The notes under the pieces are model-generated. The model did not search any database, was not told where the DNA came from, and saw only the letters and a list, made by a program, of their open reading frames with translations. A stretch of DNA of 60,202 nucleotides, filler included, from Asterionella formosa (taxonomy: Eukaryota), in assembly GCA_002256025.1 (NCBI GenBank). It is 4 parts of 4 records of this genome, joined end to end, with 100 filler letters (N's around TTAATTAATTAA, not from the genome) between each part and the next. Parts side by side here need not be neighbours in the genome. Positions count along the whole stretch, not along the records: positions 30,184 to 45,147 come from NKIB01005658.1; positions 45,248 to 60,202 come from NKIB01005659.1; 2 more parts are not named here. One strand, written 5' to 3'. Shown piece after piece: positions 35,239-48,159 of the stretch (its first letter is position 1; every line of letters starts with the position of its first letter). A program made the translations under genes and the position numbers.

Positions 35239-36817
35239 ATGTCCGAATCCGACGAACTGGTCTGTCAGTTTATGGCCTTCTCTGGCTGTTCTGATGCTGA
35301 GCGTGCACAGTCGTATTTGGAAATGAGTGGAAATAATCTTGAGATGGCCATTTCCTTGTACATGGACCACTCAAGTGGAGGTGGAGCCGCGGATGCTGAT
35401 GGCGACGCTGGCGTTGCTCCAGGCTTGTCGGAAATACGAGCTCCCGACGCGACACAACGAATGCAACTCATGGACGTCGGACTCTCGGGGTATGGAATGC
35501 ACTTGGCCGACCCTGAACCAGAACCAATGAATATTCCCAACGCCTTTGCTATCGATACCGATATTAGAGCCGCCATTAATGCTGCGGTGATGGGAGAGCA
35601 CTCCAATGATGATGGCGAGGACGACGATGATGACGAGGAGTATATTCAAGTCATCGGGAGACCTGTTGGCACTACTGGATTGCAAACTATGTTCTCTCCG
35701 CCGACGCACCTCATGTACACTGCGGGAGGATTTCAGGGAGCTCGATCGGCAGCCAAGGATGCTAGACGGTGGTTACTCGTTAATATTCAGAGCGATGCTG
35801 AATTTAGCAGTCATGCTTTGAACAGAGACGTGTGGAGAGATGATTTGGTGGAAAATTTGGTTCGAGAAGGCTTCATTTTTTGGCAAACTGTGAGTATTTG
35901 ATATTAAAATGGAGAATCGTCATATTGCGCGTGACATCGTGTCGGAGAAGAATTCTCAGAGCGAAACTAACTCCTTGTGTTTCAATTTCACTCACCCTGG
36001 TCGTTCTAGTACGACGTTACACCTGATGGCCGGACGTATGCCCAAAGATACGATGTCCACGATTATCCCCACGTTGGCATTATCGATCCTCGGACAGGCC
36101 GCTTATTGTGGAGAAAGGAAGGTTGGACACAGGAAAAGCCCATGACAGCTGAAACTTTTGCGGAAATGGCCATGGATTTCTGTTCGCGTCATTCCTTCGA
36201 CAAGGAACCACAGGCTCCACGAGCGGCATCTGCGAGTATCAATAACGGAGAACGAAAGCGTCCCTTCATGACTGAACAAGAACAGATACAAGCCGCCATG
36301 GTTGCTAGTTTGAAGAAGGACACAATAACAGACGTTGCCACTGACAATGGCGATGGCGATAACGAATACTGCATGGAAGCCGATGACGATGACGAAGAGA
36401 TTGAATGCTTGGGCACTGAGGAAGAAATGAAACAAGTAGCTGAACCCGCATTTATTGAAAAGTTATTGGATGTGACTGTACCAGCTGAACCGTCGGACAG
36501 TGTTGCTCGTGTGCAAGTTCGCATGCCAGACGGAAAACGGCTGGTTCGAAAGTTTGCCAACACCGACAAGTTGCTGATAATTTATGCATTTGTGGCGGTA
36601 AGTGCTTTTAATTATTATTCACATTGGTGCTAGCATTCCCAGAATAATCCTAACACCTACACCATTTCGACAGCAAAACAATGACGAGGCCAAAGGCGGC
36701 AAAGAGTTTATATTGATGGCTGGCTTTCCTCCCAGGGATCTGTTGGCTAGACTCAATGACACTGTAGAGTCGTGCAAGTTGGCAGGGGAAGCAATATCGG
36801 TCCGATGGAAGGAGTAA
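35239..36817 (+). CDS. UBXN7/PUX7-like p97 adaptor (UBA-UAS-UIM-UBX, 460 aa); exons 35239-35889, 36010-36597, 36674-36817
   Basis: UBA-like N-terminus, WLLVNIQ...FSSHALNRDVW (UAS), EQEQIQAAMVASL (UIM) and VQVRMPDGKRLVRKF...GFPPR (UBX). Two GT-AG introns. Confidence 0.9.
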
Positions 36818-37796
36818 AAAGATCATTCTAAGACCCTCTGGTGTATAACGAAAGGGTATAGCTTGTTGCTCTTTAAAAGTTTTTAGTATCCCACTTGTTT
36901 CTGTTATTAGTCAATCTTAGTGGCCAACTGACTTGCGTTTAGGAGGCCCATACATTGTGTACTTGTAAGCATATTCCAGACACATGTACGCTCCGTAGAT
37001 CACAACCGCTTTCCTTAGGCCAGGGAAGGGATCGTGGTGCAGATTGCGAAAAACGGGGTGATCTCTCCAGGCATCTTGTCCGCGAAAAACCATGATATAT
37101 TGGAAATCTGTATAGAAACAATGTAACTAGGTTAGTTGGTGACCTGGTAGTATTCAAACGGGCGTGTTCTTGAGCAATGATATATGCCATATCGGAGGTT
37201 TAGTGCGACAAACAAAAAACTCGAGAATCGAGGTCTGACGAGCGCTAATGCTCGCCGAGTGACAGAATCGCCGAGTGCTGTGAATTTCTCGATTGATATT
37301 TCAATCGTCTCGTCTCCTCTGTTTCTCTTCAGTACATCGGCAGTAAACATGTCGCAGCATACGGATTGCAATGCTGAAGGAACGCACCTGGGAAAACAGT
37401 GGAAAGAACTGATTGTAGGCTGACAACAATTGTTTGTTACCGGTAGTCAAGTGCTACCTGATGAAAAAGGAACGCCGCGACTTGATAGAACTGATTAACT
37501 ATTTGCACAGACAAAACATTTATCTGGCACGGAAACCAAATAAAAATCGATCATGACATCGAGCGACTTTTGGCGCGCCAAAATTTCACATCACATCATT
37601 TAATAATTCCATTATTTTAGGATACCAGTAATTGATCGTTGCAGCTGGATCAAAAACTTAAAACGTGCATATGTTCCTGAATCAGCGTCCTGCACTTGCT
37701 TACTGTCCTCGTTGTCATTTATTTGATCCTTTCGTGCCTCTCTTTTCGTGGCTACAGCAACAGTAACAGTAACGACGCAAGACCAAGGCATTCAAC

Positions 37797-39146
37797 ATGG
37801 CCGCGCCAAAGCAAAACTCGCCCGTTCAAGCGACCGAGTCGTCGACACTGAAGGCGGCTCCTCAAGATCCTCCTGCCATGAAGGACCCTCCGTCTGGAAC
37901 TCCAGCCACTCCGCACAACGCAGCTTCGACGCATATGACGTTCCCTATGGATCCTCCTGCTGCTGATGCAACGGAGCCTGTTGAGGATCCCCCAGAGCTC
38001 ACCTACGCCGGCACGGAAGCATCGGCCGCATATTGCACCGCCAAGATTCTCCTCAATGACGGGGAGTTTGATCAAGCCCTGGAGATTATAGGAAATGCCA
38101 TGGCAAGGACCATGTCTAGGCTCCCGGAGGAATCTGGAACTCTCCACGAATGCATGGCTCCTTTTTACTATCTCTACGGAACAACCCTACTTTATTCAAT
38201 TGAAGAATCCTCGGACAATCTCGGACCCGAAGCGCCCGACGAAGAGGATGGAGGAGAAGACGCGGAAGACATTCAGATTGCCTGGGAAAATCTCGAAACT
38301 TCTCGTCACATTGTTTCCATGATGCGCGGGAAGGACTCGACCGATGATAAGCTCACGCTCGACTTGGCCCAAATCCACATGCGACTAGGCGATGTGCAAA
38401 AGGCAAATGACCGTTCCGCTGAGGCACTGGAAGATTACCGTAGGGCCTTGGAACTTCGTCAGCCACTCTTGGGCATGTACAATCGCAAGGTGGCTGATTT
38501 GTACATGCAATCCGCCATGGTATATATGACCCTGGCTAGTGCGGAGGGTGTCTCTGACGCACAAAAGGGGGAGTATACAAACCAGGCGTTGGAGCACTAT
38601 ATGGCTTGCGGCAAGTCGTTTGCTGGACTTATTGCATTTACCTGTGGACATAATCCAGAAGTTGTCACCAAGGATCCCGAGATATTTGTTGGTGGTAAGA
38701 CATCTGGAATGACGGAGGACGAACTACGAGTAAATCAAATGTCCCTCACCTTGAAGAACATTCGTGACCGTGTGGCCACCATGGGAGTAAATGACGAGCA
38801 GGTTCATGAGTGGAAGGAAATTCTCACAGAAATTCAAGAAACGATTGACGAAGCTGAACAGGCGGGAAAAGCCATGACAGAAGTGACTGAAATGAAGATT
38901 CAAGCGAAAATGGCAGCTGATGCAGAGGTGGATACTCCAAATTTGGATGGGAGTACTACCTCGATTGGATTTGGGGGAGTTACTGTAGCTGCGGTGACGG
39001 CGAATGTAACTAGCTTGGATGTGGCGTCAACTGGTGGGGCCAAACCAATGATGGTGGTTCGTAAAAAGAAGAAACTGGATCCCCCTGAGAACGACCAGAA
39101 AATGCCGGATGAAGGAAATATGAGCAAGCGAACAAAGAACGTGTAA
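37797..39146 (+). CDS. NASP/Sim3/Hif1-like histone chaperone (SHNi-TPR)
   Basis: CMAPFYYLYGTTLL, acidic insert, EDIQIAWENLETSR, LAQIHMRLGDV...ALEDY.RALELR and a basic C-terminal NLS. Confidence 0.88.
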   Translation: MAAPKQNSPVQATESSTLKAAPQDPPAMKDPPSGTPATPHNAASTHMTFPMDPPAADATEPVEDPPELTYAGTEASAAYCTAKILLNDGEFDQALEIIGNAMARTMSRLPEESGTLHECMAPFYYLYGTTLLYSIEESSDNLGPEAPDEEDGGEDAEDIQIAWENLETSRHIVSMMRGKDSTDDKLTLDLAQIHMRLGDVQKANDRSAEALEDYRRALELRQPLLGMYNRKVADLYMQSAMVYMTLASAEGVSDAQKGEYTNQALEHYMACGKSFAGLIAFTCGHNPEVVTKDPEIFVGGKTSGMTEDELRVNQMSLTLKNIRDRVATMGVNDEQVHEWKEILTEIQETIDEAEQAGKAMTEVTEMKIQAKMAADAEVDTPNLDGSTTSIGFGGVTVAAVTANVTSLDVASTGGAKPMMVVRKKKKLDPPENDQKMPDEGNMSKRTKNV

Positions 39147-41643
39147 GGTGTGCTATTAATTATTACTTTGTAGAGTCGAAATTTAGGCAAAATGATTTGT
39201 CGTCCACTGGATACCAATACGTGAGTCAATTTTGTTTCGATGTTTGCATTGCAAAGAAAGTTATAGAAGGGATGAGAAACGTCGCTCATATATGCATTTC
39301 AGTAGGTATTTAGTAGTCTGGGGGGCGCACAATCATCGCAGTGATTTGCATGATGCATTCGCTATGATGGATAAAAATGCGTTCATTTAGCGAAATACTT
39401 CTAATTTAACTCCAAAAGAATCGGCCAAATAAATTAGCATATACATTGCGATTGCTGTATAGTGTGGCAAGTAGTAATTCACTCTAACGTCACCTCATTT
39501 ATTAAGTGCCTCAAGACTACTTGAGTGTTGGTAGGGTAGCCCATATGGCACATTCTGGCATTCACACCCCAAGTTTTTTCAATACTTTCTTATGCCAAGA
39601 AGTATTAGGGGGCTGGTTGAACTTGTGGAATGGCAGGAGTTACAACACAACAACCAACAGGAGTCGACGTAGAGTGTGTGACAGTAGTAGGTACGGAAGA
39701 GGATGAAACTGATTGAGGAGTTTCAGGTGGGAAAGCACTATTGACCTTTTCAAAAACAGGAACGCGAGCCTGGTGATGCATCTCCATTGAAAGATTCTGA
39801 TATCTGGAGTTATTTCTGTGAAAGAGTGTCTAGATTTATCAAGAACATATGTGGTTGGAAGAGAAGCAGTTGAGTTTACCAGAGCAGAGATCATGCCTTT
39901 CTCCTGCAATGAGCTGTGCAACGATCTGGCTTCTTCATCCCAGAAGCAGCCAGTTGCAAGGTCTACGCATATCCTAGTTGCATAAACTTTTCCAAAACAG
40001 TCCCCAACGCTTCATAAAAAATATCTAGTTTACGTTGTTGTTGTGTAAATATAGAATCAAACAAAACAAATGTACTAGCAAGCAAGCATGCAAATATATA
40101 TTATTGACATGATTGTCAAGCAAAAAGGAAATTTTATAAACAATGAAGTCAAGCACTTACCTTAAGTTCCTTCTAAGGAGCTCTCCTTCTTCGAAAAAAA
40201 CTGTTCATTGCTAGCAATCATCTCAGGAGAGCAAATGTTATGACGGTAGTGATACACAATTTTCACAATGCAATTAAGGTCGCACGTGTCCTCGATCATT
40301 GTGCACTCGTGTAAACTGGCGTACCTGACCTATGGTACAGTATGTACCACGCTAGATCTACTATATCATTAGATGGTATAAGTCCTATGTAACGTTAACC
40401 TCATAGGCTCTTCTATACAGACCATATACTTCTTTACTCTCACTGTACTGTAGAGATTTACACAATACACACTGTGTATGTATGCCACGTCAACCATAAG
40501 TGAAAGGTGTACCCTTTTACATTACGCACACGACTACCATGGAACCCATACGTAGTACATATACATGTACACGAGAGTGGTCATGATTAGTACTTGATGC
40601 TATAGACACGGTTACTAGTATGTAGCTCGTAGTACATATTGCATTATGTACCCGCAGGTATATGTTACGTGATAACTACCGTTTATTGGTACAGATGTAT
40701 CTCTAGAATAGACGTACCAATGCTAGGCTAAAACATGACACCTAGCATGGACTCTTGACCTAGTACATGCCCTTCTCATCAAGAACCGCCCTTGTGAGTC
40801 CCCTTGGACTAGGAGCTAATATAGATACACTAATCATTAAGCTCATAATTACCCAGAACCTACTTGTTGAATCCTGACAACCGTAGGGCAGTACCTACGC
40901 TCAGTTTTCTGTAGAGTAAGAGCATTTTTTTCTTAATCACTGGGATGAAGGACCACAGTGCACAGTCCATTCAAATACCGACGGTCACCTTATCGAATGT
41001 CAATTCTGACTTCTCGATCGACCCACTGACACAAAATGATGCCTTACCCAGCTCCATAGTAGAAGAGACTTACTGCAGTCGTTGTAGTAGTTCTCAAAAG
41101 GAAAGAGCCTCGTGCTGTGGACATGCATTTCCCCATCTTCATGAGACAAACAACCTGTGAATACTTGTGATTTGTTGGAAGTATCAGGAGGTGGAGGAGT
41201 AGCAGGACAGGGTGCAATCTTCAAAGCTCTACATGATAAACCGTGGTGGCAGGGCACATTAAGCATGACAACGCACAATGAACAAGCACATAACTATCTT
41301 CTTCGCTTGTACCATAGCTACGGGACAACGCGGTATGCCAAATCTCTTCATATTCCTTTTGCTTGGCAGACTTCGAGATAACCAATGTCGACTTTTCGGT
41401 GTCATTGTAGTCAATTAAAAACGCGCATAAAGTAGGAGAAGTAATATTGTGATTAGAAAACATAGAACAGTGCTATTCTAGAGAGGAGGAATAACCAACA
41501 AAATAGCACTCAAAGTTGCTGCCGATGTCTTATATCAGGCAGATATATCCATAGAAAACACATCAGTAAAAATATTTATATTTTAACATCTGAAAACTGC
41601 TGATGATTATTGCTAATCTGAGACCATGGAAGCCTCAATTGGA

Positions 41644-42720
41644 TATCCTGTCTGCCGTTGCTCAATTCGGGCTTGCAACAGGGACCTTTTGACTTTCTCT
41701 TGATCCCATAGTCTGCTGCTTGTTATGCTGCCTAGTTAGAGCAGATTGGTCAATATACCAGTGAAACAATGGATGTGCGATGTAGATTCTATTTGTCCTA
41801 GTATTTGCGACTTGATTACTTACATTGTCTGTTTTGATCGTTTCTGTCTTGTTTTTCGTTCCGCTCTGTTATTTTGGTTCAATTGTATCTATCAACACAA
41901 GAGTCAATATACTATGTATCAATGCATACTCTTCAAAGATGCATTGATGTTGATCTTATTTGTTGATTTGTCAAAATTGCCACCAAGCAAAACTTTTCTT
42001 GTAATAACGCGCTTTGCTACCTTTCTACTCAGGGTTTGTATCATAAATTATGTATCAATATTCAGCTAGAGGGAGTTGATAGCAGTTGAGCAGCCTGGTG
42101 ATCATGCTTGGTGCTCAGAATGGAATTATCAGGGTTGTTTGGTGGGAGGAACAGAACTGTGGGCGGAAGCACTCCTGCTAGTACGTGTGTCAGGTTACAG
42201 CTATGTGCATGGTTGCAGCAACCAGATGATCTACAATACATCATGATACAGATCTCAGTTGGGTTCAGTTTTTTCTTCTCATCTGTTTTATTTCACCACT
42301 CTTTGATTGTGTGACGGAAAGTCAATGTTGGCTGTGTAAGTACTACAATGCATATGTCTCCACTGAAACTCCAATTTTTTACTTCTTTTCTAACCTAAAA
42401 CAATTTTATCTATTTCTCATTTGACACTATTAATTACATTTCATATCATACTTTGGTTGCTCCAAACACCGTGTTCAATTTTTATTGATATTGTATGCTA
42501 CAAACATTCTCGTGTGTTCAATGCTTGTTTTCCCATTTCTATGTAAATTACCGTTATTCTGGCTGTCATGCTAAAATCGGCAATTTTTTATCCCGAAAAA
42601 TTCGATATGCCCCATATTGCCCCTAAACAAAAATTAAATACTTAACAACAAGTTACTTAAAGTTTTAAAATTACTTAGAAGTGCCCAAGAGGCAAGTTCA
42701 TAGATGGAACAGGAATTGCC
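41644..42720 (+). mobile_element. GGCAATTC-ended TIR element, copy D (right about 1.1 kb)
   Basis: Colinear with 4779-5850. Ends ...GATGGAACAGGAATTGCC. Confidence 0.85.
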
Positions 42721-42722
42721 TA

Positions 42723-42915
42723 GGTAATATCCTACTCGGTAGGAGTTAATTTGAGTATTCGACTTGGGAGTCCCTAGCAGGTTGCCCTTCTCCCAACGCC
42801 GGGGGTGCCACTCGTTCGGTCAACCTACCGGTACTCGCGCCTCCCAAGTCGAGTACCCGTACTGTGCATACACAAAAATACTCCTCGCAGGCAGTCGCCA
42901 CCCGGTCGTGTCTAG
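42723..42915. mobile_element. Second copy of the small GGCAATAC-type hairpin MITE (inverted relative to 12206-12396)
   Basis: CGCCGGGGGTGCCACTCGTTCGGTCAACCTA[CCGGTA]CTCGCGCC matches the reverse complement of about 12272-12310. Internal inverted repeat TCGACTTGGGAG / CTCCCAAGTCGA. Confidence 0.7.
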
Positions 42916-43268
42916 TACTGGTACCAGGTACCTTCAACATTACCCACGGTACCAGGTACGAGTTTGCAAGAAGGCAGGCAGTGCGTTGAATTGTCCTTGC
43001 TTTTCTTCTTGGCGATCGCTCAGCAGCAGGTATGGAATAATCTATGATTTCATATGGTTATGAGTTTGCTTGATGGCTGGCTTTATTTACACATTCATCA
43101 TCTCATACTACATCCAGCGTACAGCACAGAAAACATAGTGTACTGGTCGTGCATATGATAACAAGTAATAATCCGGCAGAGACCATACTACACGGTAATA
43201 ACAAACAATTGTATTGATCACATGCAAATGTAGGTGCAGTCATCAGTATACCCTTCGAAAGCATCACC

Positions 43269-44654
43269 ATGGCCGACCGATCATCCTCGTCTGGGGAACT
43301 CGCCGCTCCGAGGAAAGAGATTTATACGTATAAGGCGCCATGGACTGTATTTAGTATGGCGTGGTCGCATCGGTACGTTACGTGTAGTGTTTCTATTCAA
43401 TTGTTCCTTGAACAAATGGCCAAATGGTGTTGATTGTGCGCCACAGCCTCGTGTCTATTTACTCACAATTTACTTTGCATGCCATGGTATTACGTACCCG
43501 CAGTCCTGACCCGTCCTCTCAATTCCGTTTGGCCATTGGCTCCTATGTCGAGCAATATTCCAATTCAGTTTCTGTCATTAAGAAGAATCCAGAGTCGTCT
43601 CAACTTTATCAAGCTTGTGAATTCGATCATCCCTACCCCTGCACGAAAATCCTATGGAGTCCAGATGCTGGTTCACAAGGATCGAAAGATTTGCTTGCAA
43701 CCACAGGCGACTATTTGAGAGTTTGGAATGTTACTGATGATCCGCAATCTGGGAAAGGAATGTTGTTACCAACTAAGGAGGCCTTGTTGAATAATGTGAG
43801 TTATTGTTTGCCCTTTTTTGCAGTTATACAATTTGTAATTGTGTCTCTCTCTCTTGATTTGCTAAAACGAGTCATTCTTCCCTTCTTCGAGACCGCACAG
43901 AACAAAACGTCGGAATATTGTGCTCCCTTGACTAGCTTCGATTGGAACGAATCAGATCCCAACATCATTGGCACCTCCAGTATTGATACAACATGTACCA
44001 TTTGGGATTTGACCACACAGACTGCACGGACTCAATTGATTGCACATGATCGAGAAGTTTTTGATTTGGCATTTGCACGAGGGAAGGATGTTTTTGCATC
44101 CGTGGGAGCCGATGGAAGTGTGCGAATGTTTGATTTGAGGTCTTTGGAGCACTCTACTATTATATATGAATCTCCCAATTTAGACCCACTTTTACGATTG
44201 GAATGGAACAAGCAAGATCCAAATTATTTGGCAACCTTTATGCTGGACAGTCGACGAACAATCATTTTAGACATTCGTGTGCCATCATTGCCAGTTGCAG
44301 AACTGGGAGGACATTTGGGATGTGTCAACGCCACTGCGTGGGCTCCACATTCATCCTGCCATATTTGCACAGCAGGAGATGACTCACAAGCACTTATTTG
44401 GGATCTAAGTCAAATGCCCAATCGACCAGTGGAAGATCCTATTTTGGCATACAATGCTGATGGAGAAATTAACAATTTGCAATGGAGCGCTATTCAGCCA
44501 GATTGGATCAGTATTGCCTACAATGACAAACTTCAAATACGTGAGTACAATTTTTAACATTTCCGTTCGTGTGATCATATGTTTTTGTGTATGCTATTTC
44601 TAAATCTCATTGTTCTTTTTGTCACAATGTTTAATTTCTACAGTTCGTGTTTAA
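43269..44654 (+). CDS. DCAF7: DCAF7/WDR68 (AN11/TTG1-like) WD40 protein; exons 43269-43372, 43504-43795, 43901-44540, 44644-44654
   Basis: KEIYTYKAPW, FDHPYPCTK, LLATTGDYLRVW, CAPLTSFDWNE, QLIAHDREV and GSVRMFDLRSLEHSTIIYE. Splicing gives the canonical KLQILRV stop. Confidence 0.93.
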
Positions 44655-45066
44655 TGTCTATTGTTCATTAACTTCATATTACAATTGTATGTGGCTTGGA
44701 ACATAATCTATTGCAACCTAAAGAACCTTAATCTAACTCTGGCAATAGTAAATACTGGTGTATATTTCACTAGGTAGTTTCAGGCAAAAACACTAGGAAC
44801 AGAAACTCCCATTGAATATACTGAGAGGTTATTGTAAGCCTTAACCCAATGAGTCATTTACTCCATCCAATGCCCACTGCTCCTTGACCTTTTCAGTTTC
44901 AGATAATTCATCTGCTCCCTGTCATGATAGCAAACTGGTTCCATTTGATCATCAAAACTTATCTTCATTTTGCTTTTCTGATTCCCAAGGAATGTTTTGT
45001 CATCATCCAGTAGACATCAGTCAAATATGACGACATACGAAGATTCATGAAATTATCAATCAAGTC

Positions 45067-45147
45067 TTATTGTATGTTAGAGCTATCCAATAATTGCACT
45101 CGTGCCCAAATAAATGAATAAATGGACACAATTAGGTTTCATTCATC
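45067..45147 (-). mobile_element. 3' tail of a second SINE copy, cut by the contig end
   Basis: 45067-45108 matches 611-652 at 38/42. Similarity continues with gaps to the contig end. Confidence 0.8.
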
Positions 45148-45247
45148 NNNNNNNNNNNNNNNNNNNNNNNNNNNNNNNNNNNNNNNNNNNNTTAATTAAT
45201 TAANNNNNNNNNNNNNNNNNNNNNNNNNNNNNNNNNNNNNNNNNNNN
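45148..45247. other. Artificial contig linker
   Basis: N44-TTAATTAATTAA-N44. Confidence 0.98.
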
Positions 45248-45520
45248 TTGCCTTCCAGTGGCATACCGGTAGTAGGACTGAAGCGCGTCCAGAAAGATAC
45301 GCTCCTTTTCGGCTACTGTGAGACGAATGAGTTCCCCACTTTCCGGATCGACGACACAGTATTCCTCGTCAGGCATGCATTCTTCTTCCTGCAAGTTACC
45401 GGTAGTCTCAAAGAATCGTCCAGACTTGGCGTCGTAAGCGATTTCTCTCGTTCCGCTCGTAATGGTGATCTTTTCGTCGCTTCCTTCTTCGGCCATTAAA
45501 AGTGGACCAGCAACGGCCAC
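45248..45520 (-). pseudogene. PGRL1: PGRL1-like gene fragment (N-terminal part), probably a damaged copy
   Basis: EYCVVD...IRLTVAEKERIFLDALQSYY..TGRQ resembles PGRL1 (YC.ID....T.GE.EQEFLQALQSFY). Two in-frame TACCGGTA sites. No intact signal peptide upstream. Runs off the contig. Confidence 0.7.
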
Positions 45521-45639
45521 ACGACCAGCTGTTGTCGTTGTCTTCCTTAAAGTTCGATGATCTTAAATTCATTTACCGGTACCGGTACCGGTACCGGTAC
45601 TGTCCCGCTGTAGTAGCAGCAGTCATAGACATACCGGTA

Positions 45640-45922
45640 TGGTGTTCTATTGCTTGCTTATTACCGGTACTCCGACTACCGGTACCGCTTTTCAGTTTCA
45701 CGATCATACAATCCTAAAACTACCGTAGTATGATGATTTACTATGGTGTGATATTGCTTGCTTATTACTCCGACTACCACTTTTCAGTTTCACGATCATA
45801 CGATCCTAAAACTATGATGATTTACTGTCCCACAAAATTTGCAACAGTCATGAAAATATGGTGTTTTATTTGTTTTTAGTTTTTCGATCATACGATCCTA
45901 AAACTATGATGATTTACTGTCC
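45640..45922 (+). repeat. Dispersed and degenerate copies of the 92-bp satellite unit
   Basis: 45793-45922 is about 1.4 units of the 59948-60202 repeat. Two related degenerate units lie upstream (about 45640-45743 and 45744-45830). Confidence 0.85.
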
Positions 45923-46248
45923 GAGCCGGCTTCTGGTTCGTCCTCGTCAACCGGTATTTTCTGATCCAGCAAGCCGCCCAATTTACCATTTCCTTTCAGA
46001 CCATCAGGCTCTTCAGGAGGGTGAAGGCCGCCGCTCCGGGATTTGGAACTGGACTTGAAGAAGGTCTGATCCTTGAAGCTTTCAATCATATGAGGCAGTT
46101 CGTGCGATGCAGAGCCGCCAGCGTACATGCTCAATGTCATGGAAATCACACCGAAACTTAAAAGACTCAACAGAAAGATAAAGAATTCGATGCCGCTTTG
46201 CCGCTGCGGCCGAGGAGTGTCCGTTGCTCTCCTGCTTGGCGTCGACAT
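45904..46248 (-). pseudogene. 5' fragment of a type II membrane protein gene, truncated by the satellite
   Basis: MSTPSRR...FFIFLLSLLSFGVISMTLSMYAGG (one TM helix) with gene-like composition. The frame ends on entering the repeat at 45922. Confidence 0.45.
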
Positions 46249-46409
46249 GGTGGGCGTCCGTCCGTGCTTGGCTGTAGTGGTGCACAACTGCCTCGTCTTC
46301 TCAAATGCTGATGGTATGCATACGGTACCTGCTAAGATACCGTTATACCGCATGGTATCCATACCCCGAGGTATCACTGATATTTACGCCTATCATAGCA
46401 ATGTACCGG

Positions 46410-48159
46410 TCCGATATTGCCCATCATCAAAATATATTTACGATATTTCCTATCTTCGCATTTTGGCATTACAATTTGTAGCAATTGCCCCTCGGTTTTC
46501 CAGCCCTGGGATTGCCAAAATTGGCAAGGGGTCTACTTAAGGAAACCATTTTATATACTCAGAAGACTTTAATAATTTATATCTAGAATTCACCTCTCGT
46601 TTTTGTTCGTCTCCTCAAAAGTGGACTCCGGCAATTCACCTTTCACCATGCCAATCATCATCCATCATGACCGGTTTGAAGCGAAATCAGTTCAGCAATG
46701 ACGCCAGTAGCGATTCGTTGTCTAACGGATGCGGTTGGTTGTTGTATTGCTTGTCTTCTCGAGGGATTCATGTAGTCGCATTGTCCATATTTCGTTGGAC
46801 GAACAGTGATATCGATGCATCTGATGTTGGTTGCAAGTTTTTGCTCCGGTCATGCCTGTGAGGACGCTTAACGGATATTCTACCGGTAGTCATCTAGCCT
46901 ACATACGTACATGGTACTGAAAACAACCATGCATGGTTTAACCCTTACTTTGAGCATGTTATAATATTATCTCTGTAGACTCGGTATTATCTTTACGAGA
47001 CCAGAATGTTAAATTGTATCATTCACATATTGATTGATTTTACATACTGTATGCCCGATTTCGTCCTCACAAATATAGTTCTCACTCTATCTTGCCTGCC
47101 TTTGCTCTATTCGGGCTTGCAATGGGGAATGTTCGTCTTCCTTTGATCCCATTGTCTGCTGCTTGTTATGCTAGTTGAAGTGGATCAGTGAGTACAACAG
47201 TGAAACACTGAATGTGGATTGTAGATTGTATTTATTGACTTTCCGATTTGATTGCTTCTGTGGTTTGTTTTGATCGCTTCCGTCATTGTTCATCATTCCA
47301 CACTGTCATTTTGTTTCGATTGTATATATCTACATAAGAACCAATGAATTTATCAATGACTACTCATTGAAGATGTGGTATTGTGCCATTGTTGATCATA
47401 TTTGTTGATTTGTATAGTTGTTGACAATGATGTCAATATTGCCGCCAAGCAATGCTTTTCTTGTACTAACGCGCTTTGCTACATTTCTACTATGAGTTTG
47501 TATCAGAAGCTACGTATATTCAGCAAGAGGGAGTCGATAGTGCTGAAGCAGCCTGGCAATTATACTCAATCAGAATGGATTGGAATGGAATGATGATCAG
47601 GGTTGTTTGGTGGTGGGAGGACTGCAACTTGTGTCAGGCTCCTATAGAAATGTGCATGGTTACAGCAAGCAGATCATCTACGCTACATAACGATGCAGGT
47701 CAAGATTGGGTTCAGCTTTTTCCCTTCTTATTTTGGTCATTGATTGTGTGGTGATGGAAATTCAATAGCCTGTGTAAGTACTACAATGTCACAATGCATA
47801 CATCTCCATTGAAACTCTTATTTTTTACTTCATTTCTAACCCAAAACAATTTTTTCTATTTCTCATTTGATGCTACTTATTACATGGCATTTCATACATT
47901 GGTTGCTCCAAACATCATGTTCAATTTTCATTGATGTTGCATGTTACAATCATTCTTGTGTGTTTTACGCTTGTTGTACCATCTCCATGCATATTACCAT
48001 TACTCTGTCTGTCATGCTAAAAATCGGCAATTTTAATGCCGAAAAATTTGATATGCCCCATATTGCCCCTAAATAAAAATTACTTAAGAAATTACTTAAA
48101 GTCTAAAAATTACTCAGAAGTACCCGAATGGCAACACGATTGCTGGAGCGGGAATTGCC
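46410..48159 (+). mobile_element. GGCAATTC-ended TIR element, copy B (most complete; lacks about 130 bp of the left end)
   Basis: Left part matches 12533-12930 and the right part matches copies A and D. Ends ...GCTGGAGCGGGAATTGCC. Confidence 0.85.

Noticed and set aside
40945..41463. Possible SWIM-finger/MULE remnant (CSRCSS...SCCGH)
   Set aside because: A single weak motif with no supporting transposase sequence or termini.
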